DNA from: Chlorokybus atmophyticus
Lineage: Eukaryota > Plantae > Mesostigma and Chlorokybus algae
DNA: 64,000 nt
Assembly: GCA_009103225.1 (NCBI GenBank)
Contig: RHPI01003244.1
Span: forward strand, 276,903 to 340,902
Direction of reading: 5' to 3'
Shown piece by piece: positions 51,019 through 62,392 of this stretch. Under the pieces are notes generated by a model. The model was not told the origin of the DNA. It did not search any database and worked only from the letters and a program-made list of their open reading frames with translations. Numbering within the stretch: position 1 is the first letter of the stretch; each line of letters starts with the position of its first letter. Made by a program: the position numbers and the translations under genes.

Positions 51019-54000
51019 ATGGCACAGGACGGGGCTGTCAGGATCGCCCAGCGGACAGCCGTGCTTGTAAGAGCGCATGGGCCGGTATGCTACAAGTTGC
51101 TGTTTGTCAATCAATGGTGTAGTTTCTTTGGAAGGCTTTTGCAGTTGTGTGAGGCTGGGTGGTACCCACACCTGAGTTGTTGTTCTTTTTACCAGGACCC
51201 CAAGATGCAGAAGCTGCAAAGCAGACCGTTCTACCGCTTTGAGTAAGCATTTAGCCACAGCTTAAGTACTCTTGATGTGATGCTTTGGCAGTGCTAAGCA
51301 TCTTCCTGCAACGTGTATGCTTTGGCTGGGCTTTTATCATCATGCACCTGCTGATGTACTCCTGTTGCAGCTCTGGGACGACAACACTGTCGTGCTCAGG
51401 CGTGCTGCTGCCTGATTGCGCACAAGATGAAACTCGCGGACAGCTTGTGGTCACCGTGCACAGCGTAGTCGAGCCTTTTCTACGCCGCAGCGACAGCAAC
51501 GGCCACTCTGCAGCAACCACTCTTGAGCTGCTGCCGCGTGCGAGAGTGGAAGTTCTATTGCCAGTAAGGATAATTTGACAGCAAGGGTTGAGTGGGACAA
51601 AGCATCACATGACAGCCTGCTGTTGCAATGGCAAGCAGGTCTAATTGTCAATGCAATCTTGTGTTGTTAACCTCAAGTATGGCAGGGCACTGGACTTACG
51701 CCAGAGTCTCAGGCAAAATGGTTCACGGCGACGCTGATTGCTACGGTATGCCATGACCTGCTGCTGTGTCCCCTGTCAAGCAAGAGAGTGTTGCACTGTA
51801 CAAGCCAGTGTCAATGCTCATATGTAGCAACTGACAGGTGCCCCTGCCCGAGGCAGCAGCAGTATTGTCTGAACTGTTGAACTCACCAACGCACGGCGGC
51901 CCCAACAACATGTGGATGCAAGGCTGGACTGCCTCCGTACCACCAAAAGACAATGCCGTGAAGTGTGCACCCAACGCAAGCTCTGCAGCAGTGCTGGCAG
52001 TCCTGAGCATTCGGGACTGTCCTGCTGTGCGGCCAGGGAGCTGGCAAACAGCTGCTGCCTTGCAGCCGGGAGAACGTCTGATGGCATGCGGTTCTCCATT
52101 TGGGCTGCTGTCACCATTGCACTTCTTTAACACGTGAGACCGCATTTGTCTCACCATGGGCATAAGACCAAAGCCTATCACACATCCAACATAACCATTT
52201 GTGCGCACTTAGCGTAGCTGCAGGTATTCTGTCGAGTACACCATTCCCTGGTCAAAGCGCCAGCATAGCAATGGTGGACATCCGCTGTCACCCTGGTAAG
52301 ACCTCACTGGTATGTCCCACACGCTGAGGACAATCAATGAACACTGGCTTGCAGGCATGGAGGGCGGCCCTATTATCACCCGCGACGGACATATTGTGGG
52401 TATGGTGTGCGAACCTTTGCGTCAACGACAGACTCATGGAGAGGTTCAGGTGTGCCCGCTGTAACTGTGTAACCCAAGCAACAGGCGGAGCAGCTTGCAT
52501 CGCACTTCACCGTCATGTCTACCAATCGTGCACTGACAAAGCTTACCTTGCTTGCAACTGTACTGACTGCTTGTACTGACTGTTCTCTTACCAACGCCAG
52601 ATTATGCTGACCGCGGACGGTATTGCTTCCGCACTGTATAAACAACTGGGCATTATGCTTCCTTTGTGTGCAACAGAAGCCTGTCAGCCAGCATCCCAAT
52701 CTGCCGCTGTGATCGGCCATCCCGCAGTGGACTCATCAGTTGTGTCGCGTGCGTGTCAAGCGGTGGTGTTGATAGAGACGGCCCCTGGGTCTTGGGCATC
52801 TGGTGTGATTATCAGCAGTCAAGGGCACATCCTGACCAATGCACACCTGCTAGAGCCTGAGCGCTTCAAGAGGAAGGCGCGGATGCCCGAGCGATTTGCG
52901 TCTCAGATAAGTGCTGGCAGCAGCTGCATTGCAACGGCCGGCGACAGTACTCAACAACCAATCTGTCGAGTCAAAGTCAACGGTGCACAGCAGTCGGCTT
53001 GGCTCACTGCTCGTGTCATCTTTGTAGCGCAAGGCGCTTTGGACGTTGCATTACTGCAGGTTTGTTTGCAGCCTAATGGTTACTTAAGCAAGTTGAGTAG
53101 CACACTTGCGATGATGCCAATGAGGCCGGTTGTCTTACACAGTTGCTGCAGCTACCAGAGAGTCTTCACTTCTTATCCCCAGCGCGAACTGCTGCTGTTG
53201 AAGGAATGCCGGTCGCAGTGATGGGTCATGGCTTATTTGGGCCAACGGCAGGTATGTGTGTGACCTGTGTAGTGAGTTTCACACCAGCTGTGTTCACTTC
53301 TGTCAACTCGTGCAGACTTGGCGGCCAGAACATGCGCAGGAGTGGTTTCTCGGGTAGTTCTGGGCAATTGCGAGTTTTGCTGTAATCAGATGCCAATGCT
53401 GGTAGAGACTACAGCTGCTGTGCATGCAGGTTTGCCTTTATTGTGCGTCCATTGCTGGCATGCTATCAACTGTGCCTTGCATGGCACCATCATCATCATC
53501 ATCATCATTAACATCATTATCATTGCTTGGCTGCATGGCAGGCAGTAGTGGCGGCGCTGTCATCGACACCCGTGGTGATCTTGTGTCTCTCATCACCAGG
53601 TAATTGCTGCAATACTACTTAGCATGAGAACTCGCATTGGCTGAGCTGTCATAGGGGTGAGTATCTGTTGCACGATTTGAGTGTTTCGGGCCGCACGTTG
53701 CTAGTTGCTGACTGCTGCTTCGGCAACAGCAATGCCAGACATAGTGATGGCGCATACCTGCCTCACCTCAACTTCAGCATTGCAGTTCAAGCTTTGCAAC
53801 CAGTCTGGCAATACACAAGCGCAACTGGTATGTAGTAATCTGTGGTTTCTATGTGTATAAAAGCCAACTTGTAACCTTAACAGCAAGAATGCGACATGAA
53901 AGTTTCCGACTGCAACTGTGTGCTGCGTTATGCAGCAGGAGAAGGTGTCGTGAATGAGGCTGTACTGCACAAGTTGAACGCTACGCATCCCACCGATGCA

Positions 54001-54180
54001 GCAGTCTGGGCTTTGGCACTCCCAAACATTGAACAGCCCAAGCCGTCAGACTCTTTGCAAGACCAGATGGTATCAAGACTCCAAGACCTAAAGGGCTCTC
54101 AGTTTGCTAGATTTGTTAAGAATTCAAGTTTTCCTGGCAACAGCCTCCGTTCAACTCCACACACAAGAAGCCGCTTATAG
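51019..54180 (+). CDS. DEG15: Peroxisomal PTS2-processing serine protease DEG15 (TYSND1-like), multi-exon
   Basis: N-terminus AVLVRAHGP|DPK...SGTTTLSCSGVLLP...TVHSVVEPFL. Catalytic triad: ILTNAHLLEP (His), ALDVALLQ (Asp), AAVHAG|SSGGAVI (Ser). C-terminal PTS1 SRL-stop. Confidence 0.95.
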
Positions 54181-54303
54181 CAGTGCCGTGTCGTGTGCGT
54201 TGCTTCACTGTGGTTCATGTCGCAAGGCAGCAAAGCAAACTACCGTTCATGCAAATAGCCCCCTCCCTCCTCCCACCCTGCAGATAGCGGAGGGCAGGTG
54301 AGN

Positions 54304-54553
<250 letters not shown>

Positions 54554-56117
54554 TGCCTATCCACATGGTAAGCAAGATGTAACAGCACTTGCTCCATCAC
54601 TTTGCGACAATACAAAACGCTTGCACCGCCTAAATTGAAGCAGTTCAGAGGTAAGCGGGTTATACTTCCATCTACGTAAGGTCAGACTAGTGCGGCCGCA
54701 TGCCCAGTTCATATGACACGCTAATGGGCCTATTTAAAAGCTGATTATACGTGAACGAGGTATACAACTCACGTGATGGATGCCTTCACCCTCATATCCC
54801 AAAGGCGAGGCGAGATATGATGAGTATCTCTCTCCTCTTTATATGCAATCCAATCACCAGGACAGGATCAATGTCAAAGTAATAACGTTGATGCGACTAC
54901 AAAAGCCCAATACAACGAGAACGCAAGCACGCAGCACACCAACTCAACTGCGCTAGCATGCATCATGCAGCTGCATGAGTGCGTATTCAGCACACCCCTT
55001 GCATTTCGATACAAAAATTCCAAGCATGCAAATTTTGCCTGTTATATGAGCGGCAACATGGTAGTGTCGCACCGCATTTGCGTTTGCATCATTTGCATCT
55101 TCTTGTGGTCTTATATGATAGCTTCAGCTCCAATGTTAACATAACATCTACGATTGTCGACCATTAGCTACACATCCTAGAAGAATGTCCATTGACGGGC
55201 GACACGGTCACATACAGTTGAAACTGCTGTGGTAGGCCTTTCTTTAAATGTTATTCGTGGCAATTCATATATTGCAAACCCCAAGTGATATACAGTCAAC
55301 CGCACACTTCGATTTTTTATCAACGCTTATACATTATCATTCATGGATTCATTATGCGCATTAATTGCTACAAGCCATAGCCATACAATATGCCTTGCTT
55401 TGTGTAAACGCCAATAGGCCATCACAACACATCCGGATATATAGTTATCGCGAGCATGGTACCTACAACCTTCAACCACACATACTTGTAAATTTTATTG
55501 CAAACTTGTAACGACGCTCAATACATGTCTAACTCCGATTCTGTCTTAGGGCCAACATTAAATCTTGAGCACTTCACAACCTAGATTCAACACATATAAA
55601 ACATAAGATTGAAAATCTGGATCCACTCTCCAGGTGTTGACGAACGTCGACATCGGTGTCAACGGGTTGATCTGGAGCTTTGCAGTGAATGCTTGACCCG
55701 CATCGGAGTCAAAAACTTGCGCCAAAGGCAAGTCTTGTAATTAGGGTTTCTGGCGTAGTCTATGAGGCCTACCAGCCTGGTAGTACCAGGCTAGGCCAGA
55801 CCGGGCCTGGGCTTGTCAAGCTAGCATGCGCCTCGAACGCTTCGGGCAGTTTTCATTAACTATCTGTAAAATTCTTCTCTTGCACTGCCAGGCACAATGA
55901 GCAGCTTCTTTACAGCCCCTCCTCCGTCAGGGCAAAGCGTTTATATCCGTTGTTGCTGCTGCTGCTACTGCTGTTGTTGCTGCTTTTCTCAACAATTGCC
56001 ATTGGTCTTATTGGTCTTATTGTGGGTGATGTTGTTTGCATTGATCTGCTAGTAGTTGAGCATTTGGTGCTGTATTGTTTGTGCTGAATGGAAAGCTTTG
56101 TTGCGTTGTGTTTTCAG

Positions 56118-57436
56118 ATGATGAGGACGGCGACATTGACCGAGATAATGTCGAGGATGATCACCACCACCACGGCTGTCGCCAATGTCAAGCTAGCTGG
56201 TTTGCTCACAAGTACACATCGACGGAGTTTATGGCAATTCTGTCAGCTTACATGTCATCGGTAAGTCTCCACCAGCACATTGGCTTCATGTAAAGGTTGC
56301 GCGAAAACACATGACTAGTCATCACTAATGCGAGCCTTCCCCCTCGCCCTGCACCTCACACGCATGCGCACAACCTGCAAGCTGCATGCACGCACGCATG
56401 CACGCTATGCATTGCCAATGGCAGCTGCAGCAGGTGCCAACGACCAACATGCACGCTACACTTATGCACACACGCAGCATTTGCCCCCCTGCACCTGACA
56501 CGTGCATACGCACGAAGCACCCGTACTGTCCATTTGCACATTAGGTGCATTGATCTCTCTTTTTCAGGTGCGACTGTGCATCCACTTGTAGGTCCATCAG
56601 CATGCTGTGATTTTAAACCGTGTGATTTGCGGCAGGTTTCGGCACATATGATGATGCCGCCACTGGAGCCGGTCCATACACCTGCCAATGCGTCACAAAC
56701 AGACAGTAGCAAAGGTGCAAAGAAAGCTTCATGCCATGGGCTTAGAAGGGCTTTTTCCAACGCCAAGTATGAGGCAGCGCAAGCAAAGAGTGCTAAACAA
56801 AAAGTAAGCGCTTTTTTAAAAATGAAGTGTGTTTTTAGGAGTCGTGTGTCTTATAGTTACCATTATATTCTGTAGGCAACCACAATACCCTCAACTGCAA
56901 TCAAGAGTGGGGCTGCAAGCCCGAAACCATGCGCTGCTGCTAACAGCAAACTAAGTTAAAAAAGCAAACCGCATGGTTTATTGTAAAATGTAGGCGTGCG
57001 CTTTCCTCTCTTATTAATGATTGCTATCATACATGCAGCCGCAGACAATGACAGCGTGGATGTGCTGGATCTTTTGCTGCCGAGGCTGCATACGGCTAGC
57101 GAGGGCGATAGCGATAGTATGCCGGAGGTCATACTTTGTTTAACCAATGATGACGAGTCGAAAGAAGACTGTTGCAATTTTTGCTATGACGAGGACATTG
57201 AAGAGGAAGACGATGTAGACTACTACAGCAATGGCGTGGACGCGGATTATGCGGACGATAGTTATTACAGCACAAGCAAGCTGTATATGTTTTCTTACGC
57301 CTGCACCGTGCGGAGCTGCCCTCAGGGCTTGCGGCGCCTTGTATCGCTACGGGTTTTGCCCTACCAAACAGGTGCGCCCTGCTCGCGCTCAAAAAAAGAA
57401 AAACGACCCTGCAGCAAAGAAAAGCTTCGCCAGTAG
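56118..57436 (+). other. Exon-like acidic coding segments with canonical splice signals; gene or TE-borne gene fragment of unknown identity
   Basis: TTTTCAG acceptors at 56117 and 56567; GTAAG donors at about 56261 and 56805; D/E/Y-rich open frames. Confidence 0.3.
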
Positions 57437-59110
57437 GTATGTTTATTCTCGCCGTAGGCTTATGTAGCTTGGAGGTGCTTGGTGTGCAGACACCATGCAG
57501 TTGGCGTGTTTCCGACACAAGCAACTTTGCAAGCATGCGCGTGTGGGTCGACGTTCCATATGCGCCAGCATGACTTGCCAATGTTGTGCTCACGCTAGTG
57601 TTATACTAGAGAGCAGGATCGCCAAGAGCGGGAGAAAGCAAATGCTCAAAGAGTGGAGTTGCGTAGGGTATGTGGGTGCATGTCTGTGTCTGGTGGCATG
57701 TCGCAGCGCGAGTTGTACGTCAACCGCAACTTGAGTTGTTGAGCAAGAAAGGGTTGCATGTCTAATGCAAGCGTTCTGCAATGCAGCAAAAGATACTGGC
57801 AAAGCGTACACGAGCTTCGAAAGCTTCACAAGATGGTTCGCCTTGCTGTTTGGCTTTGCCATGAGTGATGGTGCACCATCACTTATTGCGGTTTCTATGC
57901 ACCAGTACCATCCTGAACCGTTGATGTGCTGGCATTACAAGTGCGAGATATCACGTGCTTGCTTTGAACTTCTATATCACATGCACTTTTCATGGCGCGG
58001 TTGCGGGGTGTCGACTACGCCTTCAAGCATTGCATGTAGGCTGGGTATAGTGACGCGTGTTTAATTGTCTTGCAGATTGGTTCGAAAACTGTCGTTGCGA
58101 AAGAGCTAGTAGAACGCACAAGACTAGAGCACGAGCAGGGGTTGGCACGTGCGCGAGCTGCTTTGGGGATGGTATAAGAGCAGCCAAAAGATTGCGAAAG
58201 GTCGGATCAAATCTGATTTGTACGGAGTCATGTGGACTGTGTCTATTGCAGATGCTGTGCGCGCATGCTTATCTTCCTACACTGGTGCGCAAAATGATTG
58301 CAACTTGTGTTTACCTTTGCTGCCGTCACAAACTGCACGGGTGAGGTTGTCCAAGCGGCAACAATGGAGCGCGAAAAACTTGTTTTGTCTATAGCATATG
58401 ATAAAAAGCTTTGTTCGAAAAAACAACGAGTTAAACACGATATGGACAAGGCACCCTTAGTCATTAAAGCAAGTACGCACATCAATGACATGCGATAGCT
58501 TTGTTTTATTTTCAAGCAAGCTGATTGAAATGATGGCCGCTTGCACAGCAGGAAGTTAATGAAACAGAGAAACAACCAGTCCTTACTACATGCAAGTCTA
58601 GAGGCCGTATACCTAAACAGGTCAACCTTGCTGTGTTTGCGGTCTGAAAACTGTGCCAGTCTGTGTCAGCCTAGCTTTAGGGCAACGGACATGCTGATAG
58701 TGTTGGTGTATATATATAGGTTGCAGAGCACCCGCCCTTACCGGCGTCAGCGCTGCGCGTCCTAAAGGAGCCTCCCATTGCAAGTGTTGATACGCATAAG
58801 CGGACTCCCATGCCAGTATCAATGGAAAACTGATGAGGTCAATTTGATAGTGCTGCAGCGGGATAACGACCCGGGAGAAAGAATCACCATCAGCTCGAAG
58901 CAAGCCCAAGGTAAGGTTTGTGTATGATATACACAGCCGTTGCATCCCCTGTGTCCAATATGTGGAGCTACGGTCATGTTTAGAGCAAAGTTAAGGAGTA
59001 AAAGAACAAGAAGTGCTGGTTTCAGACTTCTTTGCAATCAACGGTCCTAAACACAGCTATGTAGAGCAACTCCCTAGGCAACACCCAAGGCAACACATGG
59101 AGTACCCGTC
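57400..59110 (-). mobile_element. Heavily decayed Penelope-like RT fragments, apparently two partial copies in tandem
   Basis: 59110-58600: FRTVD(C) as decayed RYVDD, ISYTNL as decayed FLDL, and LISFP thumb. 58575-57500: LMTKG, SYTIPK, FLLNN and PLLAILL echo the linker and RT motifs seen at 35-41 kb. Confidence 0.45.
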
Positions 59111-59899
59111 CTTCTTTTCACCTGAGGCCAGCTGTCCACTAGTCACACCGCGCACATCGCCACCGCCACCACCATCACCACCTGCAATCAAGAACACAAT
59201 AGCTCCCACATCACTTGGAATAACTCTTGCAAGCCCACCACCATGTGTAGCCTATAATACTTCACTTTCCCCATCACCTGCCGCGCATTCTATGTTCGAG
59301 TTGCTATCAAGCCTACAGCCCGAAAGTATGTATTTAGTTAGTACGGTGGGCACATACTAGTTTGCAACAGCGCTATCATTGCATGTTATCGGCTATGTAT
59401 GGAGTAAGCCACCAGAGTAGATCAAGTCAATACTAGCACCAGAGTCAGTACTGAATTAGGCTTTTGACCAGATTGTCGCCTGCAACCGCGAGACGCTTAG
59501 TGTGTATGGCGAGGGGTCTTCGTCCTGCCATTGGATAGCATTCTTAGCAGCGAGTTCATCGTGGAAGGGTCGTGGACTATTGCTTTACAATGTCGAGACG
59601 AATGAGCTACTCGGCTTGTGGAAGTCGCACTCTGGCGTCAAACGCATGGAAGGCGGCATCAATGCGGTGTATTTCGTTAAGGCTGAGGAACTAGAGCGGC
59701 CGCTAAAGCTGCAGCAAATGCGCACTGTGCTTTCATAGTTTGCGGCTTCGCAGCTTCCCGCATTTGCGACCACAACTGCAATAGAGAAGCTTATGAGAGC
59801 GCTGCGCCATGTGCACGTCCAACGCAAAGGCAGGTCACAAACGCCTGCATCCGTCGACAGTCAAAGCATGCCGCTCAGTCCCCTCCCAACAACCGCAAC

Positions 59900-61790
59900 C
59901 GCAACCATCACCGGCATCCTTGCAGCCTGCCTCTGTTGCTGATGACAATCTGATGGCACTCTTCCCGCACCTCTTTCGAAGGGTACGTCATTATTGAAGG
60001 CCTTGTCTATGCATTGCACCCACTTTGACCTCATTGTACAATTGACGTCGGCCACCTCGACGGCGACTTCCACTAGCACACCCGCCTCGCATAGCAGCTC
60101 AGTGCAATGTTGGCCGACACATACTTTGATGGGTGCTGCGAATACCTTCTGCACCATCCAGTCGGCCTAGCACAGCAAGTATGTGTTGCTCGACTGGTTC
60201 AGCTGTGCTTGCCAGTGCGCATGTTCGTTTTGCATCATGCTAATGGGCGCTCAATATGCAGCCTCCTCGCTGCATGATAATGAGGCACCTCCTTGTGCGG
60301 GTGCACTTGGACAACTTTGTTACCGTCCTTTCATAAACTCTACCAGATGCACATCTATTGCACCGCATGCTGTAGAGCCTGCATGGCTAGCGACTTGTGA
60401 CCAATCATGGCCAGTATATTAGCTCACATTCTTTTTGTCTAGGTGGCTGCCATTTGCCGTTATGGCCATCGTTACGAGTGTCTCCCAACCAAACAGCACC
60501 CAAAGCAGGACTAATACTTCCAGAGCATGTCGTTCTGGCATCTGGACGGAAAGGCGACTGGCCCTGGTTCGTGCACGTGGCATGCATATGCACACGCATG
60601 GTGCTCATTGTTGGACCAATAGCAGGTGAACCAATCTTGTTGCTATCTTGCAGGAGTAATATGAACGGCAAACAGCTATAGACGCTCAAGCAAGTACGTG
60701 CCGCCACTTTCATGGAGCCCGTCGACATGCAGTTACCACTTGCTCAAGGTGCAGAATTGGTGTGATTTATGTGCATCGGTTGGACTTCATGCACTTAGTG
60801 TCACAACCCACTCGACCATAAAAGACTTGGTGCTTTTATGGTCGATTTGTGGTAATTTAATGTACCTTCCCGTTACACTCCCCCCCGACTTAACAACGCT
60901 GACGTCCTCGGCAGTTGGCTCCGTTCATCCCAGGGGTTTGCTAGAGTCGGCCACCGGCCCCAACGGCAAAGACCGGCTAAATTAGGCCCATACCGGTCAA
61001 CTCGCACATAGCGCACCGCTGCCGGCCCCACAGGTCGCTTCGCGACAGGCTGGTGGCGGACTGCCGCGCCGACTGAACTGGACAGTCCGACGCGACTGCC
61101 ATTAGGCAAGTCGCGACCTATCAGTGACGGCACTTATGAAGTGACCATTTACGATATTACTGGATCGAGAAACAACGACGGCGGAATTCGTGTGCAAGGT
61201 AGGAATCGAACCCGGGTCTCAAGCTCTAATACCAATGTCAAAGCCCACTCGACTATAAAAGATTTGGTACTTTCATAGTCAATTTGCAGTAATTTACTGT
61301 ACCTTCCCGTTACAATTAGTGTAGCGCTTCAATTGCACGTAGCATATGTAAAGTAGCATGGAAAGTTTGCTATTGCCAATGGTTGGTGCAATCAAGCGTA
61401 ATCCATGCAGCAGCTGTGGAGCTGGTGCCTTTGCTGTGTACTTGTTTCAAGCTGGGATGGTTGTTCGTAAAAAAGAGTGATGGGCCATGTGATTGTGCTT
61501 ACTTGCACGCTTGCTGTTAGCGAATTGGTGATGTAAAAGAGGTGAATATTTAAACCATCAATGGCAGTCTACCACACTTTGAATGGAGTAGGTGGAAAAC
61601 AAAAGGATAAAAAGTGTCCATCTTACCCTAATAGCTACAGCTTGCAACTGTTGCGCCTTTTCTTCATGATTGAATTCTGGGAAGTGTGAATACACTTTTT
61701 GAGATCTGGGAGCCAATAATTAAGCATGGCAAGTTGTGTACAATTCACCTGAACGTAATGTAGGAGGGAATCACTTTATGACCAACAGTG
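59900..61790 (+). mobile_element. Decayed DIRS-like retrotransposon pol region (RT-RNase H-methyltransferase-like), interrupted by the TRIM
   Basis: Across frameshifts and in order: VRVHLDNFV (YLDD-like), FCLGG, AELV*F (ELxWW-like), QSS...VELV, KVSILP, HD*IL...IWEP (start of the DIRS MT-like segment). Confidence 0.5.
60799..61314 (-). mobile_element. TRIM (miniature non-autonomous LTR retrotransposon, 516 bp, 79-bp LTRs)
   Basis: LTRs 60799-60877 and 61236-61314, both TG...CA, about 11 differences. PBS TGGTATTAGAGC (tRNA-iMet, one mismatch) at 61234-61223. PPT GGGGGGGAG at 60886-60878. TSD CTTAG/ATTAG. Confidence 0.95.
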
Positions 61791-62392
61791 TCAAGAGTGC
61801 AACATGTAATTTTGAATTTATCGCTTAAACAACACCACGTGCAAGTGTACACGGTGTTCTGGAGCATAAGTGCTTATATAGTGCATGTATATATTCAACG
61901 AGGTTAAAGCAAGAAAACACAACGACAAACGCAAGGAAAACCACATGCTAACCCACAGCTATGCACATGTATGAAGCCACGGGATATGCAAGCACACATG
62001 CCCTTTGTGGTTGCTATCATATCCTGCTATTGGTGCACAACAAGCGCACAGATGCAGTAAAGCTGAGTAGAACATTGAATATATGCACACTCTACACAGC
62101 ACTCGACATGTCCTATAACAAGCAGACAAGCAGGCAAGGCGGCTTCATTGCTTAAGGCAAGGGCAATACTTGACCTCAGCCAGTTCCACACCCGTGCGCC
62201 ACTTTAACAGCTCAGTGGGTGCGATGAGCCTATGCTTGTGGCCCCTTGCATTGCACTACCAGGAGTGCAGCAGTTTTTAATAGCGTTTGTCGATGTTAGG
62301 CCGGTGGTCGGTACAAACCGTATATGATACTTGTGGTTCAATTGGGCAAGAACCACAACGCAAATCAACAAGCTCAAGCACACAGCAGCTTA

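Noticed and set aside
9113-54180. Apparent proteostasis/stress gene cluster (F-box, NBR1, LEA, DEG15)
   Set aside because: The genes are far apart, on both strands and separated by TE nests, with no shared regulatory motif seen; coincidence is the simplest explanation.
57500-58500. Plus-strand reading with YHMHF (HUH-like) and LAVWLCHE (Fanzor2/TnpB-like) motifs
   Set aside because: Motif spacing is wrong and there are no RuvC residues. The frame is better explained as the antisense shadow of decayed Penelope-like RT on the minus strand.
58826-58880. CTGATGAG as a possible hammerhead ribozyme core
   Set aside because: No stem II followed by GAAA in the right geometry; it lies inside RT-derived sequence.
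59950-60120. HxD motif (GHLD) suggesting a TET/JBP dioxygenase
   Set aside because: No downstream His/Arg of the 2OG-Fe(II) fold; the context fits a decayed RT motif A better.
61202-61260. Possible standalone tRNA gene
   Set aside because: No acceptor or anticodon stem can form; the A and B boxes are part of the TRIM's LTR/PBS junction. No true tRNA, rRNA or CRISPR array was found in the window.
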